In this document: positions 6,421 through 15,066 of the stretch, in pieces | How the letters are laid out: every line of letters begins with the position of its first letter | How positions within the stretch are numbered: the stretch's first letter is position 1 | Virus record (IMG/VR): IMGVR_UViG_3300037307_000061 | Coordinates: 1-47,773 of that record | Reading direction: 5' to 3' (one strand) | Source of the DNA: a virus | Taxonomy: Duplodnaviria; Caudoviricetes | Length of the DNA: 47,773 nt | Notes under the pieces: model-generated | Seen by the model: only the letters and a program-made list of their open reading frames with translations | Told to the model about the DNA's origin: nothing | The model's database searches: none | Made by a program: the position numbers and the translations under genes

Positions 6421-6497
6421 CCGCCCGTAGCTCAATGGATTAGAGCGACTGACTTCGGATCAGTAGGTTGAGGGTTCAAATCCTTTCGGGCGGGCCA
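6421..6497 (+). tRNA. trnR: tRNA-Arg(TCG)
   Basis: CCGCCCG/CGGGCGG acceptor, ACTGA-CT-TCG-GA-TCAGT, GAGGG-TTCAAAT-CCTTT, GCCA. Confidence 0.95.
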
Positions 6498-6499
6498 AT

Positions 6500-6583
6500 G
6501 GACTAGTTGAGCAATTGGCTGGCTCGCCTGACTGTAGATCAGGTCTGAAAGGCGTGTAGGTTCGAATCCTACCTAGTCCACCA
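6500..6583 (+). tRNA. trnY: tRNA-Tyr(GTA)
   Basis: GGACTAG/CTAGTCC acceptor, CCTGA-CT-GTA-GA-TCAGG, long variable arm, GTAGG-TTCGAAT-CCTAC, ACCA. Confidence 0.94.
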
Positions 6584-6584
6584 A

Positions 6585-6657
6585 GGCGGGGAGGCTTGGT
6601 AGCCCAGCCAGTCTCATAAGCTGTGCTAAGAGTGTTCGATTCACTCCCCCGCAACCA
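6585..6657 (+). tRNA. atypical tRNA(CAT): Met, initiator-like or Ile2
   Basis: GGCGGGG/CCCCGCA with a 1-72 mismatch, reduced D-arm GGC-TTGGTA-GCC, CAGT-CT-CAT-AA-GCTG, GAGTG-TTCGATT-CACTC, ACCA. Confidence 0.85.
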
Positions 6658-6680
6658 AAATTTTTTAGGCGAGGAATATT

Positions 6681-7313
6681 ATGGACGAAAAACGATTGCG
6701 TAGATTGAAGAACCTACGAATGTTCAAGGACTGGTCAGACGAGCAAATCATTTCCTACATGGAGGAAAAGGATGCCAAGAAATCTGAGGAAACGATTATA
6801 ACAGTCACAGAAACAGACGACAAGGACTACGACAAAAAATTTAAGAAGATGCTTTCAGTCCTGAATGAAGATTATACCGTCGATATGAATAACTCTAACG
6901 ACGCACAGGCGTTAATGGCATTAGCGCGGCATCTTATACAGGCAGAAAAGGCTGATCAAAGAATCAGGGCTATTCAGGATAAACCTGTACTTACTGATGA
7001 TGATGTACGAACACTCAAAAATCTAGGGGATTACCAATCAGGAGTACAGCGCACGATAAATGATCTTCAGGATAAGTTAGGTATCTCACGAAAGCTTCGT
7101 AAAGAAAAGCAAGCAGATGATATACCACAATATATTGCGGGACTACAAAAAAAAGCAAAGGATTTTTGGGACCGTAAAACAGTAGGAGTAAAGTGTGGGA
7201 ATTGCCAGATAGAGTTATCTAGATACTGGATTAATTTTCCTAATCTTGCTTATACTGTTAAGATGGAGTTGGAATGCTGGAAATGTCACGAGAAGATAAT
7301 ATATACAATATGA
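6681..7313 (+). CDS. putative terminase small subunit with C-terminal zinc finger
   Basis: Directly upstream of and overlapping terL. Helical core ('LQDKLGISRKLRK') and CGNC...CWKC at the C-terminus. Assigned by position. Confidence 0.6.
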   Translation: MDEKRLRRLKNLRMFKDWSDEQIISYMEEKDAKKSEETIITVTETDDKDYDKKFKKMLSVLNEDYTVDMNNSNDAQALMALARHLIQAEKADQRIRAIQDKPVLTDDDVRTLKNLGDYQSGVQRTINDLQDKLGISRKLRKEKQADDIPQYIAGLQKKAKDFWDRKTVGVKCGNCQIELSRYWINFPNLAYTVKMELECWKCHEKIIYTI

Positions 7314-8929
7314 CAGAGTTAGATGAAGCTGAATGGGCACTAACTCAGATCATTGCTCATCCTGTTTTATTCAGAGAATTTATCAATGAAGCAGATGAAA
7401 ACTGGTCGCCATTAGAAAATCACGAACGCGCTTGGTCAACCTGTTCTAATTCCTATATGTCTATGTGTTGTGGACGAGGGGTTAGAAAAACAACAGCGAT
7501 GATTGAGTTGCTGTATTGGTGGATGATAAACAATATGTTTGTGCCGGGTGATCCCGGCCTTTTTGTTGTAGTTCCAAATAAAGCGCAGAAAGATGTTATC
7601 TTTTATCGTATCAGATCAGCCTGTGAAAAACATTGGCTTATTAAACACTTTGTAAGTCTAAACTCTATTAACCAGAATGAAGGGCGCATTGATTTTGTAA
7701 ATGGATTCCAGTTTATACTGCGGATAGCAGGATCAGCAGGAACAGAGTCTAATGTTATCTCTGTTCATACATTTCGTATATGGGTAGATGAGGCACAGGA
7801 CTTCCCGTGGAGGACATGGTTATCACTACAAAATGTTTTAAAGAGAGAGATTAAGGGTTATCAACTGATCACTTCAGGAGTACCGAATGGAGAGCGTAGA
7901 GAAAATGTTCTCTTTGAATGTGATCAAGTAGACGATAAATATGTTACTTTTAATATCCCACAAACAGAAATGAGTTGGTGGAATCCCGAAGTTGAGTATG
8001 AGAGAAGAAAAGAATACCACGCGCTGCAAGAAGATAGTGAGGACTATAAGCACTATGTTCTAGGTCAGCATGGAATGCCTACCTACTCAGTATTTGATAG
8101 AATTAGATTCTTACAGGAAGATTTTGAAGTTCCTAAGGTTGTTGTTACTCAGCGTATGTTTGACTCTTTTGCTGAAAATGTTTGGGACGAAAGAAGTCAG
8201 CAGATGAAACGGGTAGATCACCCTGAAAATGTTTTAACACCGTGTCCTCCACTTCCCTTAGAAAATGGTGTTAAGCCTGTAGTTGGTCTAGGCTATGATG
8301 TAGGATATTCCCCTGATCCAACGGTATTCTTTATTATGTATCAAACTAGTAATGGTACATGGAGAAATTTAGCCCGATTTATACTACAACGAGTAGAGTA
8401 TGGAATACAGAGGGAATCTTTAGCATATTTAGATAGAATATATCAATTTGATTTTATGGGTATAGATATGGGTGGTCCCGGTAAGGTACAGTATCAAGAT
8501 TTAGCCGGTGAAACATCAGACTATGATCCAATCTATCATTTCTCAGAAAGGTTATATCCAGTAGAATTTGGCGGCTGGATGGTTGTTGCAGCGCGTAACG
8601 AAAAGGGAGAGGTTATAGAGAAAAAGGATCAAACAAAAAGGGTGGCAGTAGAAACTGTTTCCCGATGGGTACATGAGAAAAGGTTTGCATTTGCAAAGAT
8701 GGATACCGATTTAATGGAAGAGTTGGAGCGAACAAAATTTACCAGAACAATGACAGGTGAACCTGTATATAGAACAGAGGACGATCACCAGTTTTCGGCT
8801 ATGATGTGTGCTATTATGGCATACGAACATAGATTTGGAAAGCCTCTATTGTTTGCTAGATCAGACTTTAAACCAAAACTGCTTCCTGCGGGTTGGTTAA
8901 ATATTAATAAGTATGGGGTAATGATATGA
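7310..8929 (+). CDS. terL: terminase large subunit
   Basis: Walker A-like CGRGVRKT, Walker B IWVDEAQD, coupling motif ITSGVP, nuclease motifs GLGYDVG..DPT and 'DDHQFSAM'. Start placed at ATG 7310 (track: 7274). Confidence 0.92.
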   Translation: MTELDEAEWALTQIIAHPVLFREFINEADENWSPLENHERAWSTCSNSYMSMCCGRGVRKTTAMIELLYWWMINNMFVPGDPGLFVVVPNKAQKDVIFYRIRSACEKHWLIKHFVSLNSINQNEGRIDFVNGFQFILRIAGSAGTESNVISVHTFRIWVDEAQDFPWRTWLSLQNVLKREIKGYQLITSGVPNGERRENVLFECDQVDDKYVTFNIPQTEMSWWNPEVEYERRKEYHALQEDSEDYKHYVLGQHGMPTYSVFDRIRFLQEDFEVPKVVVTQRMFDSFAENVWDERSQQMKRVDHPENVLTPCPPLPLENGVKPVVGLGYDVGYSPDPTVFFIMYQTSNGTWRNLARFILQRVEYGIQRESLAYLDRIYQFDFMGIDMGGPGKVQYQDLAGETSDYDPIYHFSERLYPVEFGGWMVVAARNEKGEVIEKKDQTKRVAVETVSRWVHEKRFAFAKMDTDLMEELERTKFTRTMTGEPVYRTEDDHQFSAMMCAIMAYEHRFGKPLLFARSDFKPKLLPAGWLNINKYGVMI

Positions 8930-10635
8930 CAGAAGAGGTAAGATTGGCAAAAGCATCATCAGAGTATATAAAGACAGCATTGTCTGACTCAGGTGGATTC
9001 TACATGCCTTCGCAGACTTATGATTCATTAGCACAACGCTATGGATTAGCCCCTGAAAAATTAACTGTACCAAAAAACTATCATAAAGTTTTAACAATGT
9101 GTTATGACTTTTATCAAAGAGGCGGTTTAGTAACCACAGTTATAAATCGACTGTCAGAATTTTCTATTACAGATATTCGTAACGGTCAACGAAAAACTTC
9201 AGATGAAGCCAATGAGTACTACCAAGCGATACTGCACAGAAACCCGTCAAGAATGATGCGGTTCTTACGATCAGCAGCGCTTGAATATTATTTATCTGGT
9301 TTAGTTATTCCTAATGTTACTTGGGAAGAAAAGACGGGAGCCGAAATATCTCCTTCCCTTATTGCGGGCAAGAGATATATGGTTCCCGTTTTTGATTATT
9401 ATCCACCTATTTTGGTACATATTGAGTGGGCAGGATGGGGCAAAAAGAAATACTATCTAAAAGTTTCAGATGATGATATTAAAATTATTAGAAATGCCAA
9501 GAAGGTGAAAGAGCAGCAAAAGAGGCGGCTAGAATTACTTCAGCAGTACCCCGACTTTTTTAATGAGGTTGCTAATGGGGCAGACATGGTAGAGATACGA
9601 GATGTTGACCCTATATTAAGGAAAGAGATTTCCTATTCACCTTATCCAACTCCATATCTTTTCAATGTTCTTGAATCACTAGTATTCAAGCAGCAAATCA
9701 GAAGAATGGATTTCTCAGTAGCATCTAGAATAATTAACGCTATTTTACTTGTTCAAGAGGGTAGCGATATGTTCCCTCTAACAGAAGAGACACGGGAAAA
9801 TCTGGATGAATTAAAATCGCAGATATTAGCGCGGGCCAATAACCCACTAGCAATGGAAAGACTATTCATGCTGTTCTCCAACCACACTACTAAATTAACT
9901 TGGATTACACCAGATGTTCAAGCGTTGCTTGATCAAGAGAAATATCGACAGACGAACGAAGAGATTTATGATGCTCTAGGATTCCCCAAGATACTTATCA
10001 CAGGTGAGTCAAGAAATAGTAGTGGTGGCGATATTTCTACATGGTCTATTCAACCGCAGATGGAAGAACTTCGCTCTAACTTAAAAGAGTGGATGGTAAC
10101 TATATATGAAGAGGCCAAAGAATTGAATAAATTTAAGAACATTCCTGATCCAAACTTTAAGCCTATTAGACTTGTAGACTTCGTTAAGAATGCTGCAATG
10201 TTCCAGCAAGGATTTACAGAAGGTAACATATCAAGAACAACTCGTTCAGAATCTTTGGGTACAGATTTTGAAACTGAAGTAGAATTGATGAAGGATGAAA
10301 GGAAGTTAATGGAAGGCTTACCGGAGTTTCCTGCCATGCCTTATAGCCCCGTAGCGCCGCTTGTAGGCGGTCGTAGCGGAATGCCCGGTATACAGGGACC
10401 GAATAATGGTAGACCACAAGGAAGTCAGAATGTTCCTGTTAACAACAGGAATTCAGGTGTTAAGCCTAAAGGCCAACAACCAGTATCTAGGCTTAAATCA
10501 GTATCAGAGGACTTATCTGACGATGAGGTTATTAACCTGATCGATAAGGTAGCAAAGGATCGAGGTATATCAGTAACGATGGATTTACTATCCAGAACAG
10601 GGGATTTATTAGATGGCGAAGGAGAAACAATATAA
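8926..10635 (+). CDS. portal protein
   Basis: Follows terL, 569 aa. Portal-like C-terminal motifs 'ALGFPKILITG' and 'GNISRTT..ESLG.DFE.E', plus a Gly/Pro-rich disordered tail. Confidence 0.85.
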   Translation: MTEEVRLAKASSEYIKTALSDSGGFYMPSQTYDSLAQRYGLAPEKLTVPKNYHKVLTMCYDFYQRGGLVTTVINRLSEFSITDIRNGQRKTSDEANEYYQAILHRNPSRMMRFLRSAALEYYLSGLVIPNVTWEEKTGAEISPSLIAGKRYMVPVFDYYPPILVHIEWAGWGKKKYYLKVSDDDIKIIRNAKKVKEQQKRRLELLQQYPDFFNEVANGADMVEIRDVDPILRKEISYSPYPTPYLFNVLESLVFKQQIRRMDFSVASRIINAILLVQEGSDMFPLTEETRENLDELKSQILARANNPLAMERLFMLFSNHTTKLTWITPDVQALLDQEKYRQTNEEIYDALGFPKILITGESRNSSGGDISTWSIQPQMEELRSNLKEWMVTIYEEAKELNKFKNIPDPNFKPIRLVDFVKNAAMFQQGFTEGNISRTTRSESLGTDFETEVELMKDERKLMEGLPEFPAMPYSPVAPLVGGRSGMPGIQGPNNGRPQGSQNVPVNNRNSGVKPKGQQPVSRLKSVSEDLSDDEVINLIDKVAKDRGISVTMDLLSRTGDLLDGEGETI

Positions 10636-10894
10636 GATTGTAGCCGTACTATGGGAAGATCATATACAGGTAACACGATCTGAAATACCTAAAAACCCTC
10701 ATGATGTTCTTAATAAACCATCATTGTCATTTGGAGTACTGGCAAAGGAAACGGATAAATGTGTAATGCTAATATCAGATATAGAGCGGTATCCAGACCA
10801 CGATGACGGTAACTATATAATTATATTTAAATCAACAATAGTTGGAATCAAAGAGTATGGAGAGATACCGCTTAGGATCAGATTTACTTCCTAG
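10613..10894 (+). CDS. small hypothetical protein (Sm/SH3-like beta barrel pattern)
   Basis: 'VAVLWED...SFGVL..ET...VML.SD...IIIFKSTI' pattern, common in small phage proteins. Confidence 0.6.
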   Translation: MAKEKQYKIVAVLWEDHIQVTRSEIPKNPHDVLNKPSLSFGVLAKETDKCVMLISDIERYPDHDDGNYIIIFKSTIVGIKEYGEIPLRIRFTS

Positions 10895-10913
10895 GTAAAG
10901 GCGGTGACTCTAT

Positions 10914-11222
10914 TTGGAGACAGTACTAGCAGCAATCGTGGGGGCATCCGCAACTATCGTTGTTGCTTTAATAGGAGTAATTGCTGCATATAAATTGAAG
11001 ATAGGGGTAAATCAAGATCGTTTAATTGAGACTTTAAATTATTTAATCAGGGCTCAAGAAGCAAAAATTAAATTGCTTGACGATCAGATTAAAGCTTATG
11101 AAGTAAGAGTTGCAGAATTAACAGTTAAACTAAATGAGCTAGAACGAGTTGTAGTGTCCCAAGCAGAAACGATTGAGAAACTATCAAGGGCATCGGGCGG
11201 AAATAAAAATATTTCGCCCTAA
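10914..11222 (+). CDS. membrane-anchored coiled-coil protein (holin/lysis-associated candidate)
   Basis: N-terminal hydrophobic helix (VLAAIVGASATIVVALIGVIAAY) followed by heptad repeats. Confidence 0.6.
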   Translation: METVLAAIVGASATIVVALIGVIAAYKLKIGVNQDRLIETLNYLIRAQEAKIKLLDDQIKAYEVRVAELTVKLNELERVVVSQAETIEKLSRASGGNKNISP

Positions 11223-11266
11223 AATAATATTAAATGAACGATAAATTAAAGGGGGTGATCCCATAA

Positions 11267-12340
11267 ATGAAGGAAAAGATAGCAGTATTTAATACTACAA
11301 TCGCTGAAATAATGGAAGTAAAAGCCGAAGATGAGGAATTTAACCACCCTCTTTTAACTGTTGCTAAATTTGTGTTCTCTGATGATAAAGGGAATGCTAA
11401 CAAGCAAGGTATCAAGGCTGAAGATTTTGATGATGTAATTAGAACAGCCATTCATATGCCAGTTAAAATGCGTTATCTTGGAGTTTCTGCTGGTGGCCAT
11501 CAAGCCTCAGTTCCTATTGGTCATATAATCAAGATGGAAAAGGATACTATCGAAGATACAAATAGGCTGGTTGCATCCGCTGTTTTATACTCTGATGAAT
11601 TCTCAGAAGAAGTTGCATTCTTGAAGGAATCATTTGCTAAGGGTGAAGCGCCGGGTATATCATACGAGGTACTTTATCTTGATAGCATTGAAGAAAATGG
11701 GATTCAATGGTTAAAAAAGATTTTTACAAAAGCAGCGACTTTTGTTAGATCACCAGCATATGGAAAAAGAACTGCTCTACTAGCCTTAGCTACTCGACAG
11801 GATATTGATAGCGAGGAATTTTTAAATGACTTTGTTACTATGGCTAATGAATGGTCTGGTAATGAATCATCAGAAGAGAGCGAGGAAGATACCCAAGAAG
11901 GAGGGAAACTAATGGAGGAAGAGCTACAGCGATTAAAGGCTGAAGCAGAAGCATTCAAGGCAGAAATTGAAGCACTTAAGGAAACTAATAGAGAGGTAAG
12001 TGAAAAACTTGAAATTGCTAATGCAGAAATTTCAAAGAAGAATCAGGAAGCCTTAGTTACAGCAAGAGAAAAGGCGTTTGTTGAAGCAGGGTTTACTCTT
12101 GAAGCAGACGCAGAGAAGGCAGAGAAGAAGCGAGCCTTTTGGCTATCGCTATCAGAAGAGGCGTTCGAAGAGTATCTGGCTGATCTTAAGGCGGCAAAGG
12201 AAGCAACCAAAATAGCGGCTGCCTCAAAGAAAGAGATAAAGCCGGAATTACCTAAACTAGCGGTTGCATCAGGAAATGATAAGGTTGAATATACTATAGA
12301 AGACCTTAAAGCGGAACTAAGAGAAGCCGCTAGACGATAA
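11267..12340 (+). CDS. prohead protease / scaffold fusion
   Basis: N-terminal 'NANKQGI...P...H...PIG.I...GISYE...TFV.SPAY' protease-like domain and an acidic/Ala/Lys coiled-coil C-half. Internal GGAGG RBS before MEEELQ (~11912). Confidence 0.8.
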   Translation: MKEKIAVFNTTIAEIMEVKAEDEEFNHPLLTVAKFVFSDDKGNANKQGIKAEDFDDVIRTAIHMPVKMRYLGVSAGGHQASVPIGHIIKMEKDTIEDTNRLVASAVLYSDEFSEEVAFLKESFAKGEAPGISYEVLYLDSIEENGIQWLKKIFTKAATFVRSPAYGKRTALLALATRQDIDSEEFLNDFVTMANEWSGNESSEESEEDTQEGGKLMEEELQRLKAEAEAFKAEIEALKETNREVSEKLEIANAEISKKNQEALVTAREKAFVEAGFTLEADAEKAEKKRAFWLSLSEEAFEEYLADLKAAKEATKIAAASKKEIKPELPKLAVASGNDKVEYTIEDLKAELREAARR

Positions 12341-12367
12341 GGTAAATAAAGGAGGTTAGAGGACAAC

Positions 12368-13021
12368 ATGGCGGATTTTTACACAACAAATCCCGTTAAG
12401 CCGTTATTTTTAGTTAATAAATATGACGACATTGATGGTGGACGAGTGGCACAGGAAACTCCTAGAGGACGATTTGCTTTCAAGGACGCTACTACTGGAA
12501 GATTAACCCTTCCTAGAAATCTTGGCGAGGCACAGAAAGCTGTTTGGCCTGTAGATTGGGCAAAGCCACTTAACCCCGGACCATATTTCCTAAATGGAAA
12601 TGGGCTTAATGGAACAACACTATATCCATTCAATGATGGAAGTCTATATCAGCAGGAAAACGATTTTGATATCGATCCCGATGTAGCGTTCACAACACCT
12701 TGGCCAGCAGCGGTTGGTCCAGAGTACGATATTTCACCACTATTCTATAACAAGCCAATTCCTTCAGGAGCTATGTGCTTGGTTTATGATGGTACCGCAA
12801 CATTCACATTCGGTTCAGGTGCGTATGTTGGACAGACTGAGAACTATGTAATTGGTTCAAAAGTTTATGTTGACTATACTACAGGAAACGAAGGAAAGTT
12901 GACAGTTTCAGGTTCAGCAGCCGGAAACACAGTTGTTGGTGTGGTTGTAAACAAGAATTTGTTTGCAGACCCCGGCAACGATACTATTACAGTTAAGATC
13001 AAGGGCGTAGACGCTCTATAA
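12368..13021 (+). CDS. capsid decoration/cement protein
   Basis: Lies between scaffold and MCP. C-terminal 'IGSKVYVD....GKLT......VVGVV' beta-tulip-like pattern. Confidence 0.65.
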   Translation: MADFYTTNPVKPLFLVNKYDDIDGGRVAQETPRGRFAFKDATTGRLTLPRNLGEAQKAVWPVDWAKPLNPGPYFLNGNGLNGTTLYPFNDGSLYQQENDFDIDPDVAFTTPWPAAVGPEYDISPLFYNKPIPSGAMCLVYDGTATFTFGSGAYVGQTENYVIGSKVYVDYTTGNEGKLTVSGSAAGNTVVGVVVNKNLFADPGNDTITVKIKGVDAL

Positions 13022-13046
13022 GCGTGATAAAGGAGGGAATTGACGA

Positions 13047-14051
13047 ATGAAGGAGCTTACTAAAGAGCAGCGATTAGCCCTTGCAGAATTAGCAAAAACA
13101 GATAAGAAGGCATTTGCTGAAGTAATTACTGAGTATGTAGACCCGGTATATCTAACACTAGATATTGCCAGCGCGTTTTTAAATACTCGGGAAATGAGAT
13201 TTGGCGATATACTTGTTAAGCGATTTAAGGGAAAGTACCATGTCCAGCAATTAGTGCCCGGTCAGATCACATTAGGTGAGCAGATCGTAGTACGAGACAA
13301 GGCCATGAGTATCAACCTTGATATTCTTTCTGCAAAGGCGGCTTATAACACACTAGAATTAGAACACGGTGGACCAGCGTTTTCACCAGAAACAGTACGA
13401 AGCGATGTTCGAAAGGCGCTAGAAGAAAGAATTCTTATGCGCACTTGGAATGCCCTAGGAAATATTTGGAGTGCTGGAAACCAATCAGCGTTAACAATAA
13501 CAGGTTCTTCTAGTTCAAACTTCATCGATGCTTCAGGTGCATTAACCGAATCAGCACTCGATGCTGCTATTGACCATACAAATTATTGGTCAGGATCAGT
13601 CAAAGCAATTATTGGAACCGAACAGGCACTTGCACCACTTTCAACATTTGGTCAGTATAAGTTAATTAACGGCGTAGCCATTAACACAACTGAATTCCAG
13701 TATCTTCTAAAGAAAGAAGGACAGGAAGGAATGTGGGACAATCGCTCACCTTATGGAACAGGATCAAAGCCTGTTGAATCATATCGTGGCGTAAATAACA
13801 TCATCAGAATCCCACAGATTTTTGATGAAACAGAATATCCTCCAAAGCCTCTTCTACCTACAGATTTCGTTCTAGTAGTAGGAGACAACATTGGAGAATT
13901 CATCACATACGGTGGACCTCAGACTAAGGAATTTGTTGATAACGACCCAACTCCCCCATACTGGAATTTCGAAGTATGGGTTCAGTTTGGTATGATGATC
14001 TGGAATGCTCGCGGGCTAACTAAGATCAAGGTTACATCAACTGTTCCGTGA
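13047..14051 (+). CDS. major capsid protein (HK97 fold)
   Basis: 334 aa, strong AGGAGG RBS, canonical position, followed by a terminator. C-terminus 'QFGMMIWNARGLTKIKV' is typical of MCP ends. Confidence 0.85.
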   Translation: MKELTKEQRLALAELAKTDKKAFAEVITEYVDPVYLTLDIASAFLNTREMRFGDILVKRFKGKYHVQQLVPGQITLGEQIVVRDKAMSINLDILSAKAAYNTLELEHGGPAFSPETVRSDVRKALEERILMRTWNALGNIWSAGNQSALTITGSSSSNFIDASGALTESALDAAIDHTNYWSGSVKAIIGTEQALAPLSTFGQYKLINGVAINTTEFQYLLKKEGQEGMWDNRSPYGTGSKPVESYRGVNNIIRIPQIFDETEYPPKPLLPTDFVLVVGDNIGEFITYGGPQTKEFVDNDPTPPYWNFEVWVQFGMMIWNARGLTKIKVTSTVP

Positions 14052-14093
14052 TAGAACGCCCATAGAAACCTATGGCTGAGTGTTAGTAATAAG

Positions 14094-14135
14094 GGGCCAT
14101 CGGTCATTACAATGGCCGGTGGCCCACTTATTTTA
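14094..14135 (+). terminator. intrinsic terminator after MCP
   Basis: GGGCCATCGGTCATT / AATGGCCGGTGGCCC stem followed by ACTTATTTT. Confidence 0.7.
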
Positions 14136-14163
14136 TTAAGGAAAGGTACAGGAGGAAAGTGAA

Positions 14164-14589
14164 ATGGCAGACGAGGAAATTGTCTACTACGAGAAAACAA
14201 CAAGTTATCCAATAGTTGTTAGGGAAAATATGAGGGACCACAGGGGATTTTTGCTAAACAGCGAACAACCCTATGTGGGTGTAAAGAAAAATCTTCTAAG
14301 GGATTTTGTATTAGCTAACCGCTATGCCATAAGTAATGGTTTAATACTAGAAATACCTGAACCATCAATTGAGATTCAAACACCTAATGCATATACCAAT
14401 GATGAAATAAAGGTATTACTTAAAAATTATATTCAATTAAAGAAAAAGTTACCAGAGATAACATCTGAACCGCTTCTTTATAGAATATTAAATCTTGCTA
14501 AAGAAGAAAACCGTCCACCCAAAACTATTCAATTAATCATGGATAGATTGGAAGAACTAACACCTGTTGCTATGAGGGGTGTGGAATAA
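14164..14589 (+). CDS. hypothetical protein in the head-neck region
   Basis: AGGAGG RBS, 141 aa, helical C-terminus. No recognisable motif. Confidence 0.7.
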   Translation: MADEEIVYYEKTTSYPIVVRENMRDHRGFLLNSEQPYVGVKKNLLRDFVLANRYAISNGLILEIPEPSIEIQTPNAYTNDEIKVLLKNYIQLKKKLPEITSEPLLYRILNLAKEENRPPKTIQLIMDRLEELTPVAMRGVE

Positions 14590-14590
14590 A

Positions 14591-15052
14591 ATGAACTTAC
14601 TCGATCTAGTCCCAGCATTTAAGAGACACTTAGGGGTTTACTTAGATGCTGATAAAGATACTGACTCTAAACTCACAGGATATATCGCGGACGGGATCGA
14701 GGCTTTGTCATTCCGATGGGCGCGAACATATGCTGTTACTCAGGTAGGTCCAGAATCATTTACAGTATCACCAGATATTGTTGCTAAAGATAAACGGCCT
14801 ATCATTTTAATGGCGTCCATCATCTATAAACTGGCTAGTTTACAGTTGGCTAGTTTTACAGATCAAGACTTTTCATATGATCCGCAGCAGGGTAGACAAA
14901 ACCCGATTCAGTTAGATATTGAAGAATTAGCGCGATTTCTTCCTATCTATCGTTTAGCAAAGCCTGTGACAGCACCGATGAGAGGTTTTAATAATATTTA
15001 TAATGCTGAATCATATAATTATATGTATTGGTTAAATACTATTTGGCCATAG
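14591..15052 (+). CDS. putative head-tail adaptor
   Basis: Position; 'FKRHLG...D..L..YI..GIE' N-terminal helices and 'SFTDQDFSYD' beta hairpin resemble gp6/gp15-type adaptors. Start placed at ATG 14591. Confidence 0.6.
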   Translation: MNLLDLVPAFKRHLGVYLDADKDTDSKLTGYIADGIEALSFRWARTYAVTQVGPESFTVSPDIVAKDKRPIILMASIIYKLASLQLASFTDQDFSYDPQQGRQNPIQLDIEELARFLPIYRLAKPVTAPMRGFNNIYNAESYNYMYWLNTIWP

Positions 15053-15066
15053 TAATGAGGTAAGGA

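Noticed and set aside
893-6657. Suppressor tRNA or alternative genetic code
   Set aside because: No CTA, TTA or TCA anticodon is present (the TAA and TAG anticodons decode Leu), and long genes are intact under the standard code with all three stops used.
11195-11219. Hairpin GGGCGGAAAT...ATTTCGCCC at the end of the 10914 gene
   Set aside because: No U tract follows on the + strand, so it is not called a terminator.
4600-11232. AAATAATATTA repeated at 4600 and 11222 as a possible late promoter
   Set aside because: A pure A/T 11-mer seen only twice in an AT-rich sequence; insufficient evidence.
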